From IMG/VR virus record IMGVR_UViG_3300031759_000012: a stretch of DNA of 64,000 nucleotides. One strand, 5' to 3'. Positions within the stretch are counted from its first letter, which is position 1. The number at the start of each line of letters is the position of its first letter. Of the stretch, positions 18,782 through 27,380 are shown one piece after another. The notes beneath the pieces are model-generated. The model had not been told where the DNA came from and ran no database searches. It worked only from the letters and a program-made list of their open reading frames with translations. The position numbers and the translations under genes were made by a program. This DNA comes from an uncultured virus (IMG/VR IMGVR_UViG_3300031759_000012) (taxonomy: Duplodnaviria > Heunggongvirae > Uroviricota > Caudoviricetes).

Positions 18782-19913
18782 AATTTTTTCCTATACTTTC
18801 TAACAAGGTTGTAACAACTACATCAGGTTGTTGTCTATATTCATTTTCCCAAATTATGAGTAATTTAGACACGTGAGATGTATCTTCTTTAATTTTTGTT
18901 GCTCTAGTTGCGTCTGTTGTCCATTTTTCTTTCGAACAGTAACCATGTGTAAAAAAATCTGCTGAAAAAAACAATGGATTTCTATGCCAATAATCTCCGT
19001 AGAATTCAATGACTGTTTTTGATTCAAGATGATAGAAATCTACTCTAAATCCGCCTATCAATGCTTCGTGTGTAGTTGGCTTAAAATAACATGTTCCTTT
19101 GAGTTTTTCTCGAAGAGTTAAAAAAAGCTTATGCGATATATTTGAAAATGGAGACCTATTGATTTGTCGCATTCGTTCGCACATATCGCTGTATGCTGTA
19201 ATCGCATCATCCTCTGAATATCCCCTAAGTATATATCCATCAATTGATAATGATTTTTTACGATTTATAAGAGAAATTTCTTCAGTACTTTTAGATTGTA
19301 ATGTATCTAGCCACGATTTAATTCTATTCTCAAATAAAATCTTCCCGCGTTCTTTCCCGTATTTTTCAGTATAAAATTTTAATCCATTAGTGGTTTGAAC
19401 TCTACGCACTTGCTCGGCTGCATCAGATTCAGTCAATCCCTTACGTAACCAGTATTCAATCGATCTATGTGTATAAATGTTCTTGCCACGTGTTTTTTCA
19501 ACTGATTTTTTGTTCCTCTCAAGTTGTATCTCTTTAACTTTGTCATTAGCCGCTGCTATATCAAATCCTAAATCTGTCCAATATTTTACAGTATTTTTAA
19601 AATGTTTGCTACGCCTGGTGTCCTGTTCGTGCTTAATTTTTTCAAAATTTTTCTTGCCATACCGTAAAAACGCAGAAACATTTGATCGATCAGTTGGTAT
19701 TTTCATCAATCTACGTAACCTTCCAACATAATTTATTAAATCATATTTTATAAAAGTTGCTATAGTTATATGCCACGTTTCTAATGACTTGCAAGTTCGG
19801 TCTTTAAATACTGCATTTAATCTAGTTATCTGTAAATCAGTTAATGCAATATTTCCTAATATTGCAATAACTGATTTCCGTTTCATAAATCTTTTAGCCT
19901 GTTTGTTCAACAT
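18771..19913 (-). CDS. free-standing homing endonuclease, Vsr/DUF559-like, between the halves of UvsX intein 1
   Basis: FRVDFY...VIEFYGDYWHRNP...D..R...LLIIWE; YWxxxG repeats. Confidence 0.82.
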   Translation of the reverse strand: MLNKQAKRFMKRKSVIAILGNIALTDLQITRLNAVFKDRTCKSLETWHITIATFIKYDLINYVGRLRRLMKIPTDRSNVSAFLRYGKKNFEKIKHEQDTRRSKHFKNTVKYWTDLGFDIAAANDKVKEIQLERNKKSVEKTRGKNIYTHRSIEYWLRKGLTESDAAEQVRRVQTTNGLKFYTEKYGKERGKILFENRIKSWLDTLQSKSTEEISLINRKKSLSIDGYILRGYSEDDAITAYSDMCERMRQINRSPFSNISHKLFLTLREKLKGTCYFKPTTHEALIGGFRVDFYHLESKTVIEFYGDYWHRNPLFFSADFFTHGYCSKEKWTTDATRATKIKEDTSHVSKLLIIWENEYRQQPDVVVTTLLESIGKNYVY

Positions 19914-19977
19914 ATTATGTTTCCTAGTATTATTTTTACATAGTATTTATTATTATGCTGGACAAACAGGTAAAATA

Positions 19978-20214
19978 TTATTTCAATTTATATTGTATAC
20001 GAACCTTGGCTGATGCAGGCAAACAACCACTCTGACCAGCAAACATCGTAACCTTGCCTAATGGGATTCCATTCCTAAAGTTACCAGATATTGCATAATT
20101 TAGTGCATAATTACCCGAATCTACCCAGTGTTTTGGATCATTAAATCCAACAGAAATACCTGGAATACTTTTTGTCAGATCTTTTCTAAATTTTGAGATG
20201 TCAAAAGGACGCAT
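19978..20214 (-). CDS. uvsX: UvsX/RecA fragment 1, ending in a 15-aa atypical split-intein N-part
   Basis: MRPFDISKFRK...GIPLGKVTMFAGQSG|CLPASAKVRIQYKLK-stop; GGAG RBS before ATG 20214. Confidence 0.9.
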   Translation of the reverse strand: MRPFDISKFRKDLTKSIPGISVGFNDPKHWVDSGNYALNYAISGNFRNGIPLGKVTMFAGQSGCLPASAKVRIQYKLK

Positions 20215-20256
20215 GTGTGTCTCCAATGCTATAATGATGATGTTTTTTGATGTCAC

Positions 20257-20288
20257 AATTGTAACGAGGGATAACCCTCGTTACAATT
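20257..20288. terminator. hairpin/terminator after gp32
   Basis: perfect 14-bp inverted repeat AATTGTAACGAGGG-ATAA-CCCTCGTTACAATT. Confidence 0.65.
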
Positions 20289-20300
20289 TTATGATGTAGC

Positions 20301-21332
20301 TTACTTTCCTTGCTGACGCTTGCGTATTGCAGCAATAATATCATCAGGAGTTTGCATGCGGGGTTTTTCAACTTGTGTAGTTACAGATTGTGTAGCTTGT
20401 GACTGATCTTCCCATGGTGGAGTATCATCAGTTGAGGGTTTTGCCTGAACTTTATTCAGTATTGAATTACCTGTCATGGCAACAGTTGTTTTTGTTGATA
20501 CAACTGTTGCATCTGCGTCACTACTTGTGGTGTCATTACGCATGCTAGTTGGACGGTAAAATTGGCCCCATTTATCAAGATCATATAGTTCTTGATCAAC
20601 GCTAGCTTGGAATAGTTCCATTATAGCATTTAGATGTGCTTCATCTGGTTTTTTAGGCAGAAAACTACTTAGGTTCCATAATCCATGAGTATTCATAGCA
20701 GCAGTTTCTATTTCTGATAGAGCACGCTCCTTCATAGCCCACTTGCTTGATGCATAGTTTGCATAACCGCCTTTAGTAGTCTTGATAAGGTAGAAATCAC
20801 GTCCGTGGTCGAAATCAGTAGGACTATTTTCGAGATCTTGATCCATAAGGATTGATTTAATAACATCAAACACTGATGGATTGATGATAAATCTACGGAT
20901 CGGATTTTCCGGTTCCTGATCATCCTTATTAGGGTTTGATGGAACAAAGCCTTGGAACAGATAGCTCTTCTTTTTGTAATACTTCCGAGCCATGTCTTCG
21001 AGGCTCTTGTCTTTCCACCATGGACGAATTTCTGCTGTAATTGGACAAGAGCCTGCTTTCCACATATCTGTGCACGGAACTTGAACATCGACAGGTCTTC
21101 CAATAGGATCGCCTTTTACACCAGGAAATGGTAATTTAATGATTAAGCGTTCACACCAGAAAAAATCGTTTGATTCATCGCCGTCTGGTAAGAATCTAAG
21201 AGTAGCGCTTGAACCATCTGGATTATTCCAGAAAGGATAAATCGAATTGTCGCCACCGCCATTCTTTGCTCGGTCTTTATTGGCTTGTTGTGCCAGTAGT
21301 TTTGCTTGTATTTCTTTAAGACTTAGTGCCAT
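20301..21332 (-). CDS. gp32: single-stranded DNA-binding protein gp32-like
   Basis: LRFLPD, KGGYANYASSKW, flexible C-terminus; next to uvsX. Confidence 0.85.
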   Translation of the reverse strand: MALSLKEIQAKLLAQQANKDRAKNGGGDNSIYPFWNNPDGSSATLRFLPDGDESNDFFWCERLIIKLPFPGVKGDPIGRPVDVQVPCTDMWKAGSCPITAEIRPWWKDKSLEDMARKYYKKKSYLFQGFVPSNPNKDDQEPENPIRRFIINPSVFDVIKSILMDQDLENSPTDFDHGRDFYLIKTTKGGYANYASSKWAMKERALSEIETAAMNTHGLWNLSSFLPKKPDEAHLNAIMELFQASVDQELYDLDKWGQFYRPTSMRNDTTSSDADATVVSTKTTVAMTGNSILNKVQAKPSTDDTPPWEDQSQATQSVTTQVEKPRMQTPDDIIAAIRKRQQGK

Positions 21333-21485
21333 TTTATGTGCCTCCTTTATGTGCCTAATTAGTGTCTAAGACAACTGTAGATCATCATTCTGTTCTACTG
21401 TTGACAATACTATTTATCCCAGTTGGTGAAAGCAAATTTGTTTTCGAAAAAAAATTAATCAAAAAGATCCAAGAAATCACTAGGA

Positions 21486-22310
21486 TCAAGTTCGCACGAC
21501 TCTATCCAGGCTTTTTTTTTGATAAATGGATTTTTGTTCCCATAACGGATCAGGGTCCATACCCTTGTTAATGAACGGTAACTGTGAAATAGACCACGGT
21601 CTAATATGTGTGGCTTTAAAATGTCCTAGAATTTCTTTTCCGCCCATTAGACTTTTCATTGCATAAAGAGATGGAAGGTGAAATTCGTCACCATGCATAA
21701 ATTGCTCAATACCGTCTGTTAGTTGAGTGTCTAAAAAGGCACAGGTTGTTAGGTTAGCAGCAATAGCTCCGGCACGCCAATTAAAATCTGGAGCAAGTAA
21801 TCCATTAACATGAGAAATGCAGTCCAATGACATTCCACTTTTATATGTAGGGTTAAGTCTAATTTTGGTTTCTTCTTCCTGAAATCCGCCCGGTGGACCC
21901 GGGCGATAAAGTATGTCTGATCGTATGCTCAATACATTATCATACACGAAATCATTATCAAGCTCATGTTGTCTTTTCATAATTCCAGCGTGATAATCGT
22001 ATCAGGTTTGCTTCCAGTAAGACAATGGCAAAAATTTAAAGGTGTGTATAGCATTATTGCAAAATTCATATGACTTCTGCCTGTCAAAAATGCTTTGAAT
22101 CTCGCTATCGTCAAGAAAAAGGTAATCTATAAGTCTTGAATTATCAAATATTCTGTGTATTGTATTGGATGTGCATGAATTATCACAGGCTAATACAACG
22201 TACCAGTCTGGGTGGTTGTATATCCTGTCAAACAAACGTAGGTTATATGGTAGCACATGTTCCCATGTCCTTGCTTGCCCTTTTACAATAATAGCGGTTC
22301 TCATGTCCAT
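21486..22310 (-). pseudogene. hypothetical glycosyltransferase-associated gene interrupted by one in-frame TGA
   Basis: ORFs 22002-22310 and 21486-21980 share a frame and join as SYWKQT*YDYHAGIMKRQHE; IVKGQAR and YD.V...RSD motifs also occur in ORF 58633. Confidence 0.6.
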
Positions 22311-22781
22311 TTGTAAACCTTTAAACCGATTCTATGACCCAGCCATATTAACTTAGTATTAACATTTGCGTCAGGTTCATCAGCAATAACTCTATATGGG
22401 CAAACCGTTTCATTTTCAATTGCATATGTACAAGATGCCCACTTAATGAGTGCCCGTGGATGGCCAATTGCATAATTTTGTGTATCGCGCGAGTCTAATG
22501 TTGCAAAACAAATTTCGTCTCCTCTTAGAGGATTTGCCCAATTTGGTATATAATTCGCAAATGCAAAATCACATTGGCACCAAACAATAGCGCCTATCAT
22601 AGATGAATTAGCGTAAGGCCAACGGGTAAAAAAAATTATTCGATATTAACTTTTTTTGTAGGACTAGACCGCATCTAGTAATGATTTTAAAAACACTATC
22701 ATTACTAGTGCAGGTTGCTACAATATAATCTTTATCTGCAGGCGGCGCATTTATCGACGAAATAACAAGATAATCAAGCAT
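22301..22781 (-). pseudogene. hypothetical gene, apparently frameshifted at a T8 run
   Basis: ATG 22781 overlaps the previous stop; removing one T near 22628-22635 joins MLDYLV...NNFF to TRWPYANSSMIGAIVW of ORF 22301-22600. Confidence 0.45.
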
Positions 22782-25489
22782 TAAATTCCAGCAAGAGTTT
22801 TAATCCTGACTATTTCATCTTCTTTCATATGACTGCCTTCAGCAGCTATTGAGCGAGCTATTTCAGCTGATTTACTATAGAGGCCTCTATCAAATGATTC
22901 CCAAGTCTTATCTGGTTTGAGTTGATGTAATGCGTCCGATTGACCAACTACCATTACAGGCCATGCCTGAACAAGTACAGCTAACCTACCACCACTCAGT
23001 TTTAATACATCACCATCTTCTAAATCATCATCGGTTTGAGTTATATCATATACCTCGCCGTCACTATACTGTGTCATATCATGCACAGTTGGACTCATAG
23101 GTCCTTTTTCTTTCCGGCGTATAAGATCTTGTGCCGCAGACATTGACTTGCTTCTCTTCCAATCTTTATCTGTAAACGGTCCCTTTCCACCGAAGCCAGG
23201 AACATTGCCTTGTCCAGATTTTTGAACATATGATTTTAATGTATCAGATGATATTTCATTTAATTCATTATCTTCGCCAAACGCTCTTCTATACGAATTA
23301 GGATCCATGCTTGTTTTAGATCCAACGACGCTCAGGCCTTCGCCGCCTAACAGCAGATCATACATCAGCTTGACAATATCACCTGGTCTACGTTTACTGT
23401 CAATTGCCTGCGATAACCACATAACCTTTTGTGGCTTCATAGGCTTCTGGCTCGGTGTTGAAATTAATTTTTTGGCAAAATCTTTCATTTGACCAAGATC
23501 TTGTAACTTTTCTAGGTGTTTTATATCATCAATAGTGAAATTGTCAGCAGGACCTTCTTCTAAGGTGTCTTCACTTTCATCAACAACTATATCCAGTACA
23601 TCTACAGGTGTGAAATAAACTTCGTCGTCGCCTTCAAATTTTACAGGATATTCATTTCCTTCTGGTTGGCCAACTACTACACCATGCTGGCCGCTTTCTT
23701 TATGCTTTACGTGATCTCCCTTAAGAAATCCATTAGATTCATTAAAGTCATCTTCATTCATTGCGGCGTAATCATCGTGGTCTATGTAAAAATCACTATC
23801 AGGATCGTAGTATTTTCCTTCTTTTGGATCATAGTACACAGTCTTTCCACTTTTAGTCATAAAAGGACCTTCAAGCCCTGATCTTTCTTGATAGCGATCT
23901 GTGTTAATTGGCCGCACTGCATGCCAACCTTCACCTAAGGTTGTAGCTTTTTCTCTAAAAGCTTTAACAGCTCGTCCAGGCGGGTCGTATGGCATATTGA
24001 GATTATCTACATATTCCCACTTATCGCCAACTTTTCTAACTATTTCGTATTCGTTTTTAACAGTGTGTGCGTCATGCCTATCCGGGAACCAAGTTAGATA
24101 AAGATCGCCCGCTTGGTCTATAACTTCTCCTGGAAAACCTGGAATAAATCGTATTTTACTTGTGTCGCTTGAAACTTCTGAATTTTCAACAACATTGTCT
24201 GCACCAAAAATTTTAGTTGGATCAAATTCACTTAAAAAATTATCTATCTCGATTTCTTCAGGTAGGTATTGTTCATCCTCTACAATGTTTAAGCTGCTGT
24301 TGATAGCTTCTCGTACAAATGACAAGTCTTCTTCTGTTGGGCGTCTATTATCTGCAATCATTATAGCTATTTCGGATAGTCTAGCTGCAGAACGTGTATC
24401 CTCACAAGCATCTGACAGTTCTTTCAACTGTAATTGCAATCTTTCCTGCACTGGCATTCCGGAAGGAACATTTGATACGTTTGGACGTCTAGACCATTTG
24501 AATTGAGGTTTTGCCGGAAATGGACTTGCTGTGCCGACATATCTAGCTGCAACTGACAGATCCGAATAGGTATCATCTCCTTGTTGGCATGAACATTGTT
24601 CAGCAAATATCTGCAAAAGATTTTCTGTCGCTTGTTCGTCAAGTATAACCGTAGGCGAAACAAGTATAGAAGCAGCGTTTTGATACCCTTTTGGGCCTTG
24701 TACCGATTTCATACGCTTGTTAATTAGATCTAATTGTTCTCTTATACCAACAATGTATTCACTTAAGACTTGATTTTGTCTCATAGTAAATGCAGCTCTT
24801 TTTAAAGAAACATAATCGGCACTGAGAGAATATAATGATTCTGCTATATCGTCAAAATTTGTGCCGCCGTTGCTTAAATGCCTTGCAAAAGCTTTGGCCC
24901 CATTTAGATGCAAATGCGGATATGCAAATCTTTCACCATTCTTGTTTTCAACAAAAATTGCTTTTACATGCCTTGTTCTAGCACCATGTTTGTCTTGATT
25001 AACAACATCACTGTGCCTAACAATAACTTTTGCCTCGCCGATGCGTTGAAAGGAACTCTTTGTTGTCCCAAACCATTTACTAATGTCTTTGCTTTCGTGT
25101 ATGTTGTTCACGGCTTCCTCCCGAGGTTCTATTTCTTTGTCAAATACCTGCCAGATAACGTGTATGCCTTCTTTTTGTCCAACAGACTTTCGTATATGAT
25201 GTCTAATCTTGTAAATTTTTGACCAGTCTTGCTCGTTGCTTAACTTTGGTGTTTTCAAGTTAATATAACTATTTTGTCCATTATCAATTACTGACACTAG
25301 AAATGTAAATTTTTCTAATGCAGGGTTATGGCTGCGATTGACTGCGAAAAATCTTGTTGCTTCGTCTGGATCAATTGTTTCATTGCCTTTTGCATCGTAC
25401 ATGCGTACGCTATCACATGAGCCTTTTAGAATTCCAAAAATCTTATTGGTAATAATTGACCAGTTAAAACTCATTACATGCTCCAGCAA
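22781..25489 (-). CDS. large multi-module virion (head-internal) protein
   Basis: 902 aa; N-terminal domain followed by short modules separated by (L/M/F)xE sites; ends RIKTLAGI; TAAATA at 25500-25505. Confidence 0.6.
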   Translation of the reverse strand: MLEHVMSFNWSIITNKIFGILKGSCDSVRMYDAKGNETIDPDEATRFFAVNRSHNPALEKFTFLVSVIDNGQNSYINLKTPKLSNEQDWSKIYKIRHHIRKSVGQKEGIHVIWQVFDKEIEPREEAVNNIHESKDISKWFGTTKSSFQRIGEAKVIVRHSDVVNQDKHGARTRHVKAIFVENKNGERFAYPHLHLNGAKAFARHLSNGGTNFDDIAESLYSLSADYVSLKRAAFTMRQNQVLSEYIVGIREQLDLINKRMKSVQGPKGYQNAASILVSPTVILDEQATENLLQIFAEQCSCQQGDDTYSDLSVAARYVGTASPFPAKPQFKWSRRPNVSNVPSGMPVQERLQLQLKELSDACEDTRSAARLSEIAIMIADNRRPTEEDLSFVREAINSSLNIVEDEQYLPEEIEIDNFLSEFDPTKIFGADNVVENSEVSSDTSKIRFIPGFPGEVIDQAGDLYLTWFPDRHDAHTVKNEYEIVRKVGDKWEYVDNLNMPYDPPGRAVKAFREKATTLGEGWHAVRPINTDRYQERSGLEGPFMTKSGKTVYYDPKEGKYYDPDSDFYIDHDDYAAMNEDDFNESNGFLKGDHVKHKESGQHGVVVGQPEGNEYPVKFEGDDEVYFTPVDVLDIVVDESEDTLEEGPADNFTIDDIKHLEKLQDLGQMKDFAKKLISTPSQKPMKPQKVMWLSQAIDSKRRPGDIVKLMYDLLLGGEGLSVVGSKTSMDPNSYRRAFGEDNELNEISSDTLKSYVQKSGQGNVPGFGGKGPFTDKDWKRSKSMSAAQDLIRRKEKGPMSPTVHDMTQYSDGEVYDITQTDDDLEDGDVLKLSGGRLAVLVQAWPVMVVGQSDALHQLKPDKTWESFDRGLYSKSAEIARSIAAEGSHMKEDEIVRIKTLAGI

Positions 25490-25502
25490 TATAGTCGTGT
25501 AT

Positions 25503-27098
25503 TTAGTTAAGGATTACTGAAAACGGCAATGGATCTCTGTGTTCTGCCTCATTGTCGTCAAAAACGTCTTTGAGTAACTCGCCTACTTTATCATCCCAGT
25601 TTGTGACCATTTGCATCATTCTTACACATAACAATGTGCTCATAACACAATCATCGTGCTCGCCTTGTTTAGCTGCGAAACTATCGCCTTTGCTAACAAA
25701 GAACTTCAACTGCTTAACCAACATTTTACTATGTATTTTTAATTTGTTGCTTTCCAATAAACTTTTTAGTTTGGCACACGCATTTGCTTTACTGCGTCCA
25801 TTGGTATTCAAACCTCTGCGGTATCTAATCAAGCCCGTTTTGCGAGGTTCATTTAATATTACAGCGTTGAAATTTTCCTCACCTATTTCCAAGATGGACT
25901 GTAAGGCTGCTTCGCCCCACGTGTTGTTTTCAAAAGTATAATAGATATCTGGTTCACCTTTATAGCCTTGCTTTTTACATTCTTGATATATGAAATTTAT
26001 AATGAGTTGCATATTTCGCACTTGATTTGGAATACTAGTCTTGTTGCTTGTCCATTCTGCAATTTGTGTCATATCCGGCAGACTAAAAACCTGGATGCAG
26101 GCAGGGTCTTTACCAATGCCAGCACTTGGATCCAGGCTCACAAGATAGGTTTTGTCAGGTGTGATTGTGCTGTAGTAGCGTGTTTCACCAAGTTTAAAAA
26201 GGGGTTCATTTCCGCGTAAACGTTGCAGTGTTAGACTGCTTATCAATGTACTTTCTTCGCCTGCAAATTTGCATTCATATTCGCGTTGAAAACGCTCATC
26301 GCCGATTTTTGCTCGCTCAATTGCTGCCCATTTTTCGTCGCGACCTGGTACGTCACTGTAATGTGCTGAGAAAGCTTTGAAGCCGTTTATACCAAGCCCG
26401 TCAGGAACTTCAAACCCATCTTCATCTATTGTATTAACTGCGCCAAGCCAAAGCTCTGCAAATGTATCTTCGTCACTAGCAGGTGTCGATGTGATTATAC
26501 ACTTCCCACCTGTAGCTAGTGTAGGTGCCATAGCAGTCCAAAATTCCACTGCAACACGTGGTCTAACGTAAGCAAACTCGTCTAGGTAAAGTAAACTAAT
26601 CGACATGCCTCGACCACTGTCCGGAGTTGTTGTTGTAGCTACAATACGCGATCCGTTGTCAAATTTAATAGATGTAACATTATATTCTACAACACCGGGT
26701 CGGATATGGTCGGGTAATTCTTCGTATGCATATTTTATACGCATCATAATTTCATTTGCGCTTTTGAATTTATTAGCTGCAATTAAAACAGTAACATCTT
26801 CGTTAAACATGGCATACCACAGCATATAGCCAGCTGCTGTTGTGGTTTTTCCGCTTTGACGCGGAATCATTGCAATGGTGTTGCGATTCTTCCAGTATGT
26901 CTTTACTAAATCTTTTTGGAAGTGATATGCTGTAAACGGCATTTTACCGCGCAAAGGATGCTGTATATACATAAAATGCTCCATGAACCAAAGAGGGTCC
27001 TGTGCACACTGCGCAAGTTCGCTAAATTGTTGCTGTGTTAGCGTTATTTTTTTAAAAGCTGGTTTTAACTTTTCATAATTGCTTGTATTTTTTGACAT
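25503..27098 (-). CDS. gp17: terminase large subunit
   Basis: PRQSGKTT, LLYLDEFA, ITSTP, FQREYEC, DPSAGIGKD, HDDCVMS; no intein. Confidence 0.95.
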   Translation of the reverse strand: MSKNTSNYEKLKPAFKKITLTQQQFSELAQCAQDPLWFMEHFMYIQHPLRGKMPFTAYHFQKDLVKTYWKNRNTIAMIPRQSGKTTTAAGYMLWYAMFNEDVTVLIAANKFKSANEIMMRIKYAYEELPDHIRPGVVEYNVTSIKFDNGSRIVATTTTPDSGRGMSISLLYLDEFAYVRPRVAVEFWTAMAPTLATGGKCIITSTPASDEDTFAELWLGAVNTIDEDGFEVPDGLGINGFKAFSAHYSDVPGRDEKWAAIERAKIGDERFQREYECKFAGEESTLISSLTLQRLRGNEPLFKLGETRYYSTITPDKTYLVSLDPSAGIGKDPACIQVFSLPDMTQIAEWTSNKTSIPNQVRNMQLIINFIYQECKKQGYKGEPDIYYTFENNTWGEAALQSILEIGEENFNAVILNEPRKTGLIRYRRGLNTNGRSKANACAKLKSLLESNKLKIHSKMLVKQLKFFVSKGDSFAAKQGEHDDCVMSTLLCVRMMQMVTNWDDKVGELLKDVFDDNEAEHRDPLPFSVILN

Positions 27099-27099
27099 G

Positions 27100-27360
27100 T
27101 TAATTCAAACTATATAATTCGCTTACTGCGCGATATGTTTTTGGTTGATCTCCTGAAACACTGATTAGTATTTCAGCAATTACAGCATCTATAGATTTAT
27201 GCCAATAATTTAGAAAATTATGAGTACGTAATAGTTCCGGTATGTGGTCTTCAAACCCCCAACTAAATTCCTGTAAAAGGCTAGGGCGATCTGGCATCCA
27301 GTAATATACTTTTAATAGTACGGGTTTTGTAGATTTTATTATCATTGTTGCCTCCTTCAA
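27100..27360 (-). CDS. Usg-like hypothetical protein
   Basis: YWMPDRPSLLQEF.W...D..PEL...FL.YW...IDA pattern resembles the Usg family. Confidence 0.5.
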   Translation of the reverse strand: MKEATMIIKSTKPVLLKVYYWMPDRPSLLQEFSWGFEDHIPELLRTHNFLNYWHKSIDAVIAEILISVSGDQPKTYRAVSELYSLN

Positions 27361-27380
27361 AAAACTAGAGGCAACTTTGA

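Noticed and set aside
2271..19913. Self-splicing group I introns as the explanation for the interrupted genes
   Set aside because: Each break is flanked by intein blocks (Cys1, block B His, terminal Asn, +1 Ser/Cys) and the non-coding gaps are under about 70 nt, too short for a ribozyme core.
21486..22310. Genome-wide stop-codon reassignment
   Set aside because: TGA, TAA and TAG all end well-defined genes, often in ATGA/TAATG couplings, and core genes are intact under code 11.
25503..27098. Intein in the terminase large subunit
   Set aside because: ATPase and nuclease motifs are contiguous in 531 aa with no intein motifs.
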